Positions 54,454 through 64,000 of a stretch of DNA of 64,000 nucleotides are shown here, piece by piece. Both the position numbers and the translations under genes were made by a program. This DNA comes from an uncultured Gammaproteobacteria bacterium (lineage in GTDB: Bacteria > Cyanobacteriota > Vampirovibrionia > LMEP-6097). Where the stretch lies: contig CAZFCF010000001.1 of NCBI GenBank assembly GCA_964517685.1, positions 345,458 through 409,457 of the forward strand, read 5' to 3'. Numbering within the stretch: the stretch's first letter is position 1; each line of letters begins with the position of its first letter. Under the pieces are notes generated by a model. That model was given only the letters and a program-made list of their open reading frames with translations. It was not told the origin of the DNA and searched no databases.

Positions 54454-57363
54454 TTATGAGATTGCCATCAATTCATCTTCAAAGATTTTTTTCTTATTAC
54501 TAACTTCATCCAGATTAGCTTTCAGTTCTTCTATCTTTTCAGGAGAAGCATTCTTAATAAAGCCATCAGAGCTAAGTCTTGAGTTTAGAACTTTAATATC
54601 AGCATTAAGTTTCTCAATTTGCTTTTTGATTTTCTCTGAGAGCTTATTGAGATCTACAATGCCACTTAAAGGAACTATAACTTCAATTCCAGAAATTTGA
54701 TTTTTGAAAGCAGGCTTAGCATCTACAGTATTAGACTCAAAACTTACTTTACTTAATTTCACTGGATTCTTTATATATTCACTAAAGTTCTCAAGCTTAG
54801 ATTTCAAAGCCTGATCTTTAATTACTAAAATCACCTCAAAATTCACTGACCATGGGATATCTAGAGACTGACGAATATTACGCAAGTTACCAATTAGATC
54901 TTTAATAAGTTCTACAGTGCTATTAGCTTCTGAGAAATTAAAATTCTCTGCTTTAGGATAGCTTGCAAAACAAATTGATTTAGTCTCAGCATTATCAATC
55001 GCAGAAAAATCATACTTAGCTTTTAGCTCTTGCCAAATCTCTTCAGTGATAAATGGAGCAATTGGATGTAAGGCTCTTAAAGACGCTTCAAGAATATAAA
55101 AGAGAATTTGTTTTTGGCTAGATTTATCAGCACTATCTATCTTAGTAAATTCAATATACCAATCACAAAAATCGAACCAAGTAAACTCATAGATTAGCTT
55201 TTGGATCTTGGTTAGATCATATCCCTTAAATGCTTCATCAATTTCAGCAAGCACTTTAGAGAATTTAGTTAAAACCCATTTATCAGTTTCAAGTAAGTTA
55301 CTAGTGTCTAATTTGCTCATGACTGCAGGCTTAAAAGTTCCACCGTCATCTAGCTTAGTCATCACAAACTTAGTTGCATTAAAAAGCTTGTTACAGAATT
55401 TACGATACTGCTCAAATGTATCAGAGAACCAAGCTTCGTTCTGATCTTTACGACCAGGGAATTTTACATCTTGTTGTCCATGAATACCGACGCTGGCATA
55501 CCAAAGACGACTAGCATCAGCGCCATATTTACTAACCATCTCTAAAGGATCAATAGCATTGCCTTTAGACTTACTCATACGTTTACCATCAGGTGTTTGC
55601 ACAACTGGATGAATCAATATATCTGAGAAAGGCTGCTTACCATTTTCAAAATATATACTTGAGAAAATCATTCGCGTCACCCAGAGATTAATGATCTCTC
55701 TTGCAGTTGCAAGCACATCAGTCGGGTAGAATTTTTCAAAAACTTTTTGATCGAAGTCTGTAGTCTCAAGCTCACCTTTAGCAGACTTCAAGGTCTCAAA
55801 CGGCCAGAGTGCACTACTAAACCAAGTATCAAGTACATCATCATCTTGCCTATGATCTAGTTCTCTAGCTTTTTCAGCAGCATAGTATCTAGTCACCAAG
55901 CCTGATTCATCATCGGCAGGGTTTTCTTTATCGTTAAAAGGATTAGGAGTACCAGCATTCGTCTCATAATAGAAAACTGGAATTCTATGTCCCCACCAAA
56001 TCTGACGGCTTACACACCAGTCTTGAATATTTTCAAGCCAGTTTTTAAAAATCACATTATATCTTTCTGGAGTGAATTGCGATTTACCAGAAGCAACTAA
56101 ATCGAGTGACTTTTGAGCTAGACCTTGCATTGCTAAGTACCACTGTTCACTTAGATAAGGTTCGATTTCAGTATTGCAACGATCGTGAAGGTCTTTTTCT
56201 TGGTCGTATTCTGTAGTTTGCACAAGTACGTCATTGCGAGCAGAGCGTGTCATTGCGAGCGGAGCGAAGCAATCTCCCTGCATAGACTGGATCGCCACGC
56301 CCTGCTGCGCAGGACTCGCCATGACATTTTTGTTGTCACTGTGACCAAGTAAAGCAAGAACCTTCTCTCTTGCAGCATACCTATCAAGCCCAGTCAACCC
56401 AAGGCTTTCAGGGATCTCTGGGCAAGCTTTCATCTTGGCTTGTTTATCCATAATTATTGGTTTATCTAAGCCATGTTTTTTACCAATCTCGAAATCATTA
56501 GCATCATGTGCTGGAGTAACTTTTAGGGCACCAGTACCAAAGTCGGTCTTCACATGCTCATCAAGAATCACAGGAATTTCTTTATTGCTAAGTGGGATTA
56601 AAACCTTAACTGAATCAGGAGCGTTTTTAATTTGTTTAATCAAACCAGAGAATCTCTCATCATTAGGATTAATCGCAACTGCCACATCACCAAACATAGT
56701 CTCTGGACGGGTTGTAGCGACAGTAATTGATTCATTAGAATCTTTGATTTGGTATTTAATTTCGTAAAGTTTTTTCTTAGTTGTTTCTTTTGCAATTTCC
56801 AAATCCGAAAGTGAAGTAAGACATTTAGGACACCAATTCACTACACGATTACCGCGATAAATTAGTCCATCATTGAAATATTTAATAAAAGCATTCTGCA
56901 CCGCTGAAGCGTAGTGGTCATCCATGGTGTAGCGAATACGTTTATAATCTGGACTAAAGCCCAAGACTTTCATTTGCTCAATGATTTTATTACCGTAGTC
57001 TTCTTTCCAAGCTTTCACTCGCTTGAGAAATTCTTCTCTACCTAGATCTTCTTTTCTTTTGTGTTCGGTTTGCTTGAGATTTTTCTCAACCACCAGCTGA
57101 GTACCGATACCAGCATGATCAGTACCAATTTGCCAAAGCACATCTTTACCAAGCATACGGTTGTAACGAATTAGAATATCTTGGATAGTGCCACCCAAGG
57201 CATGACCCATATGTAACTCGCCAGTCACATTCGGTGGTGGCAAAGCAATAGAAAAACTTTCAGTATTTTCACGGACAGTGGTATCAAAAATACCTTGCTC
57301 AAGCCAATTTTTCATCCATTTGCTTTCGATTTCTATTGGTGAATATTGTTTGCTTGCGTCCAT
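54454..57363 (-). CDS. valS: Valine--tRNA ligase
   Basis: PPPNVTGELHMGH, VTPAHD, DWCVSRQIWWGH, RMSKS, C-terminal coiled coil. Confidence 0.98.
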   Translation of the reverse strand: MDASKQYSPIEIESKWMKNWLEQGIFDTTVRENTESFSIALPPPNVTGELHMGHALGGTIQDILIRYNRMLGKDVLWQIGTDHAGIGTQLVVEKNLKQTEHKRKEDLGREEFLKRVKAWKEDYGNKIIEQMKVLGFSPDYKRIRYTMDDHYASAVQNAFIKYFNDGLIYRGNRVVNWCPKCLTSLSDLEIAKETTKKKLYEIKYQIKDSNESITVATTRPETMFGDVAVAINPNDERFSGLIKQIKNAPDSVKVLIPLSNKEIPVILDEHVKTDFGTGALKVTPAHDANDFEIGKKHGLDKPIIMDKQAKMKACPEIPESLGLTGLDRYAAREKVLALLGHSDNKNVMASPAQQGVAIQSMQGDCFAPLAMTRSARNDVLVQTTEYDQEKDLHDRCNTEIEPYLSEQWYLAMQGLAQKSLDLVASGKSQFTPERYNVIFKNWLENIQDWCVSRQIWWGHRIPVFYYETNAGTPNPFNDKENPADDESGLVTRYYAAEKARELDHRQDDDVLDTWFSSALWPFETLKSAKGELETTDFDQKVFEKFYPTDVLATAREIINLWVTRMIFSSIYFENGKQPFSDILIHPVVQTPDGKRMSKSKGNAIDPLEMVSKYGADASRLWYASVGIHGQQDVKFPGRKDQNEAWFSDTFEQYRKFCNKLFNATKFVMTKLDDGGTFKPAVMSKLDTSNLLETDKWVLTKFSKVLAEIDEAFKGYDLTKIQKLIYEFTWFDFCDWYIEFTKIDSADKSSQKQILFYILEASLRALHPIAPFITEEIWQELKAKYDFSAIDNAETKSICFASYPKAENFNFSEANSTVELIKDLIGNLRNIRQSLDIPWSVNFEVILVIKDQALKSKLENFSEYIKNPVKLSKVSFESNTVDAKPAFKNQISGIEVIVPLSGIVDLNKLSEKIKKQIEKLNADIKVLNSRLSSDGFIKNASPEKIEELKANLDEVSNKKKIFEDELMAIS
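56230..56325. repeat. Family A composite element, in frame within valS
   Basis: gtcattgcgagcagagcgt followed by gtcattgcgagcggagcgaagcaatc...ggatcgccacgccctgctgcgcaggactcgccatgac; encodes VMASPAQQGVAIQSMQGDCFAPLAMTRSARND. Confidence 0.9.
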
Positions 57364-57495
57364 TACTTTAAGTTAAATTAGCATATTAAGGCAAATCTAT
57401 ATAATTGCTGAGCCGAATAGTAAAATTAATCGGCTCAAATAAAAGATAATTCTGAGCCGATTGTTCTTAATATCATATTAATTTTGGTGTTATAT

Positions 57496-57517
57496 ATGAT
57501 ACTAAATCTGGTATTAT
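57496..57517. promoter_or_regulatory. Putative HicB operator (imperfect inverted repeat)
   Basis: atgatacta-aatc-tggtattat just upstream of hicA. Confidence 0.4.
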
Positions 57518-57527
57518 AATATTATGA

Positions 57528-57785
57528 TTGGACAAAAAATATACTAAAATTCTCAGGAAAATCAAAGAGAATCCAAAAGCTGTAACAGTCACTGAACTCA
57601 TAAAGCTAATGGAATTGATCGGTTTTTCTTATAGAAGAGGTTCTAAGAATCATTATATTTTTTACTATCAATCATTAACTATTGGAGTTGCGCCTCCTCA
57701 TCCTGGCAAACATATAAAACCAATTTATGTAAGAGAATGTCTAAAGGCAATTAATGAGGTAATAGAAAATGACCAAAAAAACTAA
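57528..57785 (+). CDS. hicA: HicA-family toxin
   Basis: GFSYRRGSKNHYIF, PHP..IKPIYV; basic 85 aa. Confidence 0.85.
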   Translation: MDKKYTKILRKIKENPKAVTVTELIKLMELIGFSYRRGSKNHYIFYYQSLTIGVAPPHPGKHIKPIYVRECLKAINEVIENDQKN

Positions 57786-58152
57786 AGAACAAAATTTCAA
57801 ACAAGAAATAAAAAACTATCTAGAGCTTCCATATAGCTTCACGGTTGCCAAAGATACTGATGAAGACGAAGAGGAATACTTTTATGCTTTAGTCAATGAA
57901 TTACCTGGTTGCGTTTCAGACGGCAAAACCCCAGAAGAAGCTTTGAAGAACATTAAAGATGCAATGTACGATTGGATTGAAACAGCTTTAATTAATGGGG
58001 AGAGAATTCCTGAACCTAATAAATGCAGCGGTAAATTTTCAGTAAGAATTCCACCTTCTTTGCATCAAGATCTTATTAATAAAAGTAATCGTGAAGGCGT
58101 AAGTATTAACCAACTAGTTACTTCTGCTATTTCAAGAGCTGTGGGTTTTTAG
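57769..58152 (+). CDS. hicB: HicB-family antitoxin
   Basis: ELPGCVSDGKTPEEA, SGKFSVRIPPSLH, GVSINQ. Confidence 0.92.
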   Translation: MTKKTKEQNFKQEIKNYLELPYSFTVAKDTDEDEEEYFYALVNELPGCVSDGKTPEEALKNIKDAMYDWIETALINGERIPEPNKCSGKFSVRIPPSLHQDLINKSNREGVSINQLVTSAISRAVGF

Positions 58153-58164
58153 TAGGTAAATTGA

Positions 58165-58515
58165 CTATCGGCTAGAAAACAAAACTTTTCCTGTTCGTTT
58201 AATTTCTCTAATAAAATCAGGATCAATATAGGAATCTTCGTTGTAATAACTTTTTGAAGGAAATGCCAATAACTGCAAATATGGCTCACAAAGTCCAGCT
58301 TTTCTAGAAACGGTTAAAACATTCTTGAACATAGCCTGTCCAACTTCTAAATCTGGTGAGACGACAGCAATATCTACATCACTCAAATCTGTTGCTGTGC
58401 CTTTTGCATAGGAACCAAAAAGTATAATCTCATCAATTTGAAAACTCTTTGTAACCGAATTAACGACTTTATCTGTAAGTTCTTTTAATTCTACGGTAGT
58501 TTTTTTTCCAGCCAT
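58165..58515 (-). CDS. Minimal nucleotidyltransferase (MNT)
   Basis: ILFGSYAKG...SDVDIAVVS. Confidence 0.9.
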   Translation of the reverse strand: MAGKKTTVELKELTDKVVNSVTKSFQIDEIILFGSYAKGTATDLSDVDIAVVSPDLEVGQAMFKNVLTVSRKAGLCEPYLQLLAFPSKSYYNEDSYIDPDFIREIKRTGKVLFSSR

Positions 58516-58580
58516 GCAAATATCCTTTTTGTTTCCGTAATCAAGTTTTTAAGTAATTTTTCTAAAGAATCATGACATTT
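58491..58580 (-). pseudogene. Probable C-terminal remnant of a HEPN protein
   Basis: Minus-strand frame LEKLLKNLITETKRIFAWLEKKLP* overlaps the MNT start, as in HEPN-MNT pairs; an in-frame stop lies ~42 codons upstream. Confidence 0.45.
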
Positions 58581-58674
58581 CTCAATGTAAGTAAGATTAA
58601 TCAATATGATGTAAGAATTTTACTATCTTTAAGGCTTAGAAAGACCTTTCTAACTATGATATATTAATTCAGTT

Positions 58675-61600
58675 ATGACCAATCAGGTTACTGATTCCAA
58701 TAAAGATTCTAATCAGGTCCAAGAGAATAAATACACTAAGACTATTTTGCTGCCGCAAACAGATTTTCCAATGCGTGGCAATGGTCCAGTAAGAGAACCT
58801 GAATTCCAAAAGACCTGGTATGAGCAAAAAGTTTATGAAAAATCACTGGCTCTGAAAGAGAAGAATGGTGCTGAGATGTTTATTCTTCATGATGGACCAC
58901 CTTATCTAAGTTCGGATAAAATCCACATCGGAACTGCACTCAACAAAATTCTTAAAGACATAGTTATCAAATATAAATCACAGCGTGGTTTTAGAACGCC
59001 TTACATACCTGGCTATGACTCACATGGTTTACCAATCGAGAACGCGGTAGTAAACGGGATTAAAGGCGGCAGGCAAGCAGTAAGCATCCCTGAACTGCGC
59101 GAGAAATGTAAAGATTTTGCTCTTCAAAACCTTAAGGGACAAGAAGCTAAGTTCAAAAGACTTGGAGTCTTGGGGGATTGGGAGCATCCTTATATAACTT
59201 TAGATCCTAAGTTCGAAGCTGAACAACTAAGAGTCTTTGGTGAGATGGCTGCTAAAGGCTATATCTATAGAGGTCTTAAGGCTGTCTATTGGAGCTATGG
59301 TGCAGAGACCGCTTTAGCTGATGCTGAAGTAGAATACAACGAAGCACATGAGTCACAAGCTATCTATGTGGCTTTTCCTTTTGAAGAAAAATCACTCAGC
59401 AACACTAATAAAGCAATCAGCAAATTTAAATTTAAAGACCAGCTTAAAACTGCTAAAGCACTGATCTGGACTACAACTCCTTGGACTATACCTGCTAACT
59501 TAGCAATCGCTTTAAATAAAAAAATTGATTACTGCATAGTTAAAGCAATTAAAGAAAACGAGAAAGATGGTACTACTAAAGAAATTGGTAATTTTATTCT
59601 TGCTGAAAAGCTCATAGCTTCTGTTGCTAAAGAAACTAATCTTAAGCTTGAACAAGTTACTGAAACTTTTAAAGGCGCTGAACTAGAAGGTGCAGTTTTC
59701 TTACATCCACTTTTCGGCAGAGAATCTGTAATAGTTTTTGGTGATCACGTTACTACTGAAGCCGGTACAGGTTCTGTACACACCGCACCTGGACATGGTC
59801 AGGAAGATTTTCAAGTTGGTAAAGAATATAACTTAGATATTCTTTGTCCTGTTGATGGCAGAGGTATCTACACTAAAGATGCTGGCACATATGAATTTAA
59901 AACAGATATTCTTTACAAAATTGCTGGTAGTAATGAAAGTCTAAAAGCTAAATTAGAGAATTTAGGCAAGCCACAAAAGCTTGATTTCATGGGCTTACAT
60001 ACTATCAAGCAAGGTAATGATGCAATTATTGCAGCGTTAATTGATGCAGGCGCGCTAGTCAAAAAAAGCAAACTAGTTCATAGCTATCCTTATTGTTGGA
60101 GATCTAAAACTCCACTACTTTATCGTGCAACCGAACAGTGGTTTGCCAGCGTTGATGGCTTTCGCCAAAAAGCCCTTGATGAAATCAAACGTGTAGAATG
60201 GATTCCAGAAAGGGGCATGAACCGCATCTATTCAATGGTAGAGGATAGAGGCGATTGGTGTATTTCCCGTCAACGTACTTGGGGAGTGCCGATTCCAGCT
60301 TTTTATGATAAATCTCAGCTGAATGAAAGCGGCAACCCACTTGCCTTTCTGGATCAAGAAATCATTGAACATGTTGCCAAAATTTTTGCAGAAGAAGGAA
60401 GTTCAGCTTGGTACACAAAAGAAATCAAAGATCTACTACCTAGTCATTATTTAGAAGGCAATCCTAGAAAGGATTCCAAACATCCACAATATAATCCAGA
60501 AAAACTCAGCAGAGAAATGGATACTATGGATGTTTGGTTTGATTCTGGTTCTACTCACAGAGCAGTAGTAGCAGCACGTCCAGAACTTTGTCCTGATGGT
60601 AAATTCAAACCCGTAGATTTATATCTCGAAGGTTCAGATCAACATCGTGGCTGGTTCCAATCAAGCTTACTTACTTCAGTTGCAACCAATGGTTTTGCAC
60701 CATATAAAGCTGTTCTAACTCATGGCTTTGTTATGGATGAGAAGGGACAGAAAATGTCTAAGTCAGCCGGTAACGTAGTGGATCCTGAAGATGTAATCCA
60801 AAAATATGGCGCAGATATACTCAGGCTCTGGGTTGCAAGCGTGGACTATTCTATCGATATTAAAGTTGGCGACAATATGTTCAAACAGCTTAGCGATATC
60901 TACAGAAATTTCAGAAACACTTGTAGATATATGCTTGGTAGCTTGTATGACTTCAATCCAGAAACAGATAGCCTGCCATATGCAGAGCTCAACGAACTCG
61001 ATAAACTCATCTTGCATCGCTTGCAAAACCTCAAAGAGAAACTAACTGAGTCTTTTGATAAATATCAATTCTTTAAGTATTATCAATTAATTCAGAATTT
61101 CTGTTCTGTAGATTTATCATCTTTCTATTTCGATATCATTAAAGATAGACTTTATACTAATGCTGCAAATTCTAAATCACGCAGAGCTGCGCAAACAGTA
61201 ATCTATGAGCTACTTTCAGCGCTTAATAGATTATTCGTGCCAGTGGTGCCGCATTTAGCAGAAGATGTTTTACAACATAGTCCCGAACAAGTGAAAAAAT
61301 CATACTTAAAGAAAGACTTCTTTACTAAAGGCTGTACTGAAAAAGAATTTAGTGTTCTACTCTCCTCCTGGCCTGCTATTGATACTGAATTCGTGAATAA
61401 TCAACTTGAGCAAGATTGGAATAAGATTCTTGAGATTAGAGAATTAGCTTTCAAAGAGATTGAACTTCTTCGTCAGAACAAAGTTATAGGCAAGTCTTTA
61501 GAAGCTGAAGTAACTATTCATGCTGATCCCCAAACAGAAAAATTTTTAAAAAGTATTCAAGATGAAATCAACGCAGTGTTTATAGTTTCGAATCACCAGA

Positions 61601-61734
61601 TTATTTCAGATACAGTAAATAAAGTTGTTGCTGGTAAATTTGCTGGAGTTAAATGCGAACGTTGCTGGAAGTTATTTGCTGAAAGCGATATGCGTGGGGA
61701 GATTTGCTTTAGCTGTCAGGAAGCATTGCTATAA
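58675..61734 (+). CDS. ileS: Isoleucine--tRNA ligase
   Basis: LHDGPPY, HIGT, WTTTPWT, DWCISRQR, KMSKS, C-terminal CERC...CFSC zinc site. Confidence 0.98.
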   Translation: MTNQVTDSNKDSNQVQENKYTKTILLPQTDFPMRGNGPVREPEFQKTWYEQKVYEKSLALKEKNGAEMFILHDGPPYLSSDKIHIGTALNKILKDIVIKYKSQRGFRTPYIPGYDSHGLPIENAVVNGIKGGRQAVSIPELREKCKDFALQNLKGQEAKFKRLGVLGDWEHPYITLDPKFEAEQLRVFGEMAAKGYIYRGLKAVYWSYGAETALADAEVEYNEAHESQAIYVAFPFEEKSLSNTNKAISKFKFKDQLKTAKALIWTTTPWTIPANLAIALNKKIDYCIVKAIKENEKDGTTKEIGNFILAEKLIASVAKETNLKLEQVTETFKGAELEGAVFLHPLFGRESVIVFGDHVTTEAGTGSVHTAPGHGQEDFQVGKEYNLDILCPVDGRGIYTKDAGTYEFKTDILYKIAGSNESLKAKLENLGKPQKLDFMGLHTIKQGNDAIIAALIDAGALVKKSKLVHSYPYCWRSKTPLLYRATEQWFASVDGFRQKALDEIKRVEWIPERGMNRIYSMVEDRGDWCISRQRTWGVPIPAFYDKSQLNESGNPLAFLDQEIIEHVAKIFAEEGSSAWYTKEIKDLLPSHYLEGNPRKDSKHPQYNPEKLSREMDTMDVWFDSGSTHRAVVAARPELCPDGKFKPVDLYLEGSDQHRGWFQSSLLTSVATNGFAPYKAVLTHGFVMDEKGQKMSKSAGNVVDPEDVIQKYGADILRLWVASVDYSIDIKVGDNMFKQLSDIYRNFRNTCRYMLGSLYDFNPETDSLPYAELNELDKLILHRLQNLKEKLTESFDKYQFFKYYQLIQNFCSVDLSSFYFDIIKDRLYTNAANSKSRRAAQTVIYELLSALNRLFVPVVPHLAEDVLQHSPEQVKKSYLKKDFFTKGCTEKEFSVLLSSWPAIDTEFVNNQLEQDWNKILEIRELAFKEIELLRQNKVIGKSLEAEVTIHADPQTEKFLKSIQDEINAVFIVSNHQIISDTVNKVVAGKFAGVKCERCWKLFAESDMRGEICFSCQEALL

Positions 61735-61742
61735 TCTTGTAA

Positions 61743-63419
61743 ATGTTCTCTAGAATAGAGCCATTCTCAAAACAAAACTTCTATTACAACCTTGATGGGT
61801 TGGAACCTGCTTCACCATTAAATCCAAAACTTCCAGAATCTATAATTCCTCAACTTTCAGAAGGTCCAAATCCTAGCAACGAATTTGACAGTAAATTTTT
61901 AAAACTAATAAATGATCCAGATTTTTTTACTAAATTTCCCTTTAGAACAGTGGTTCTACAAAATATAAATGATCAAAAATTATTAGAAAAACTCACAAAA
62001 GGTTTTGAAGCTTATTTTCTTAGACAAGTAGAACCAGGAGATTGTGATAGATCTATAATGCGAGAAAATCTAAATAGATTTTCACAAAATACACATCTAA
62101 ACCCTGAGCAGCAAACTAGATTAACCAAATGCTTTCTTCGCAGCTTTGGACAAAACGAAACTAAAGCAGAGATATTAGAAAAAATTTTAAATGACTCAGA
62201 GTTAAATACAATTGAGGATGACACAATTATTGGATGTTTTCCTTGGACTAAAGATGATTTAGAAAAACTCTGCAAAGTAGCATATGACAATCTTTTATCT
62301 TCGCTTACTTATCATCTTAGTAAATTAGAGCTTAGTCCAGAACAATTTAAAGGTTTAATTTCTGTCACCCGAGACTCTTTAGCCTCTACTCAAAATGCAG
62401 CAGAAAGAATAAGCTTAAAAGCTATTATTCAAAATTTAATTCGAAATCCAGCAATATATAAAATAGAAAATAGAGATAGTTTAGATATTTTAATTAGCTT
62501 ATTAGACAAGAAAATAAAAATTGATTTACATCCCATTCAAAATGTAGTTAATCAAGCTCAATTATCCAAAATTACAAAAATTTATAAAGAACAAAATGGA
62601 TTTATTGATAAATATTTTATTGAAGCTTTAGCAAAAAATAAAAATTTTAGTTTAGCAGAATTCAAAGAGTTTCTTGAAAAGTATACAACCTTCAAAGGCT
62701 TAGGATTAGAATATCAGCTTTCAAAACATTATAGTAAGCCAGTTATAAACCTCAAGCAAATTTCAGCTTTTTTTGATCACTTAACGGAGAATACAACAAT
62801 TGACGAAGATGATGATCCGACTTTTGAATTTGCAAGTGATTTAATATCCTCCATAGCAAACTTAGATGATACTTTATTTGAAAAACTTTTAAAGTCACTA
62901 TCCATCACTGAATACGATAGCTCCAGGAATAAAATTTTATATGCTTTAGCTTCATCAGTAATAAGCAAACAACAAATTGACAAACTAATTGATAAAGTTG
63001 ATGAAGTTTTTGAAGATATTGATAATTCAATTGAAGCTTTACCCTCAATTGATCCACTAGTAACAGATATGAGATCTTTACAAGAAAGTGTTTTGTTTTT
63101 TAATCAATCTTTGAAATCATTAACGGAAAAAAATCCTTCGAAATTTGACTTGAGTACATTCATTAGATCTTTATTTGCAAATAAGAATATTAATCTTCAA
63201 CAAATAAAACATCTATTAGATATACTCAAGCCAATTATGGAAACTGCAAATATTCCTGTCACCTACTGGACGAGCAACTCTTCAGAGCTTAACCAATTAA
63301 AATTACTATTTTTAGATAGAAATGATGATAAAGAATTTGAAAGATTCATTCAAGTAGCCAAAAAATATCCAGATAGTCTTTCGGGCAAAGTTTATGCTTA
63401 CGCCACTACAGCAGCTTAA
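61743..63419 (+). CDS. Hypothetical alpha-helical (solenoid-like) protein
   Basis: 558 aa, Leu/Ile-rich, with recurring LxxNxN segments. Confidence 0.75.
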   Translation: MFSRIEPFSKQNFYYNLDGLEPASPLNPKLPESIIPQLSEGPNPSNEFDSKFLKLINDPDFFTKFPFRTVVLQNINDQKLLEKLTKGFEAYFLRQVEPGDCDRSIMRENLNRFSQNTHLNPEQQTRLTKCFLRSFGQNETKAEILEKILNDSELNTIEDDTIIGCFPWTKDDLEKLCKVAYDNLLSSLTYHLSKLELSPEQFKGLISVTRDSLASTQNAAERISLKAIIQNLIRNPAIYKIENRDSLDILISLLDKKIKIDLHPIQNVVNQAQLSKITKIYKEQNGFIDKYFIEALAKNKNFSLAEFKEFLEKYTTFKGLGLEYQLSKHYSKPVINLKQISAFFDHLTENTTIDEDDDPTFEFASDLISSIANLDDTLFEKLLKSLSITEYDSSRNKILYALASSVISKQQIDKLIDKVDEVFEDIDNSIEALPSIDPLVTDMRSLQESVLFFNQSLKSLTEKNPSKFDLSTFIRSLFANKNINLQQIKHLLDILKPIMETANIPVTYWTSNSSELNQLKLLFLDRNDDKEFERFIQVAKKYPDSLSGKVYAYATTAA

Positions 63420-63506
63420 GTACAAACACGTAATTCAGCCTAAAAACAATTTCTCTTCAAACACTTATGCTATGCTAAATCCAAATAAATCAAAGGGGGA
63501 TTTATC

Positions 63507-63866
63507 ATGGGATTAGTTTACGCAGATTTAGTTTTAGAAAATGCAAAGTTTGATCAACCAAACAAAGTCAGAGTCAAGGCTTTAGTTGATACGGGATCGC
63601 TGTATCTTTGTATTCCAGAGTCTGTTTGTGAGAAATTAGGAATAACAGGATTTTACAAAAAGCAGGTAAGACTTGCAGATGGTAGCTATAGAGAATCTAA
63701 GTATGTTGGTCCAATAGAGGTTAAGTATGAAGACAAGGGCTGCCTGGTTGGTGCTTTAGTAATGGGAGATGAAGTTTTATTGGGAGCAATTCCCATGGAA
63801 GACATGGACATAATGGTTGATCCCTCTGGGCAACGCTTAATTACAGCTAATCAAGGTAGGGCTTAA
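63507..63866 (+). CDS. Clan AA retropepsin-like aspartic protease
   Basis: ALVDTGS, LADG, VLLGAIPMEDMD. Confidence 0.9.
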   Translation: MGLVYADLVLENAKFDQPNKVRVKALVDTGSLYLCIPESVCEKLGITGFYKKQVRLADGSYRESKYVGPIEVKYEDKGCLVGALVMGDEVLLGAIPMEDMDIMVDPSGQRLITANQGRA

Positions 63867-64000
63867 AAAGTATTACTGATTGCCAAGATGTAATTATCCT
63901 TAAAAATTGATATAAGAGCTTATTTTTTAAAAAGCTCATGCTATAAATACGCATTGTGGCTTTATCACAAAAAGCCAAATTTTGCATGTTTGCTAAAGCA

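Overview
AT-rich bacterial chromosomal window. The gene content (ATP synthase b' subunit, minCDE, flagellar-type genes, no photosynthesis genes here) suggests a non-photosynthetic cyanobacterial relative (Melainabacteria/Vampirovibrionia); this is inference only. A shuffled housekeeping backbone (divergent dnaA, leuS, valS, ileS, partial atp operon, minCDE-bioB, ddl, plsY, ispD, guaB-like) is interspersed with orphan, effector-like ORFs and toxin-antitoxin modules. Three things stand out. (1) A stripped flagellar-type basal-body operon (fliE, fliF, a FliG reduced to its N-terminal domain, FliH with a long acidic tail) plus a lone flgH. Its upstream region shares a CTTAACC-N5-WTAA motif with three unrelated orphan loci, suggesting a non-rotating, flagellum-derived secretion system and its regulon. 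(2) Several families of short palindromic elements. One REP/RPE-like family keeps C-GNA-G hairpin loops and is inserted in frame in comEC, leuS, ddl and valS; other families supply gene 3' ends. (3) An ankyrin-like gene bracketed by a 54-bp duplication of a neighbouring gene's 3' end. Also present are an apparently catalytically dead Xer recombinase and a DnaA with degenerate motifs. I recognised no rRNA, tRNA, CRISPR array or transposase.
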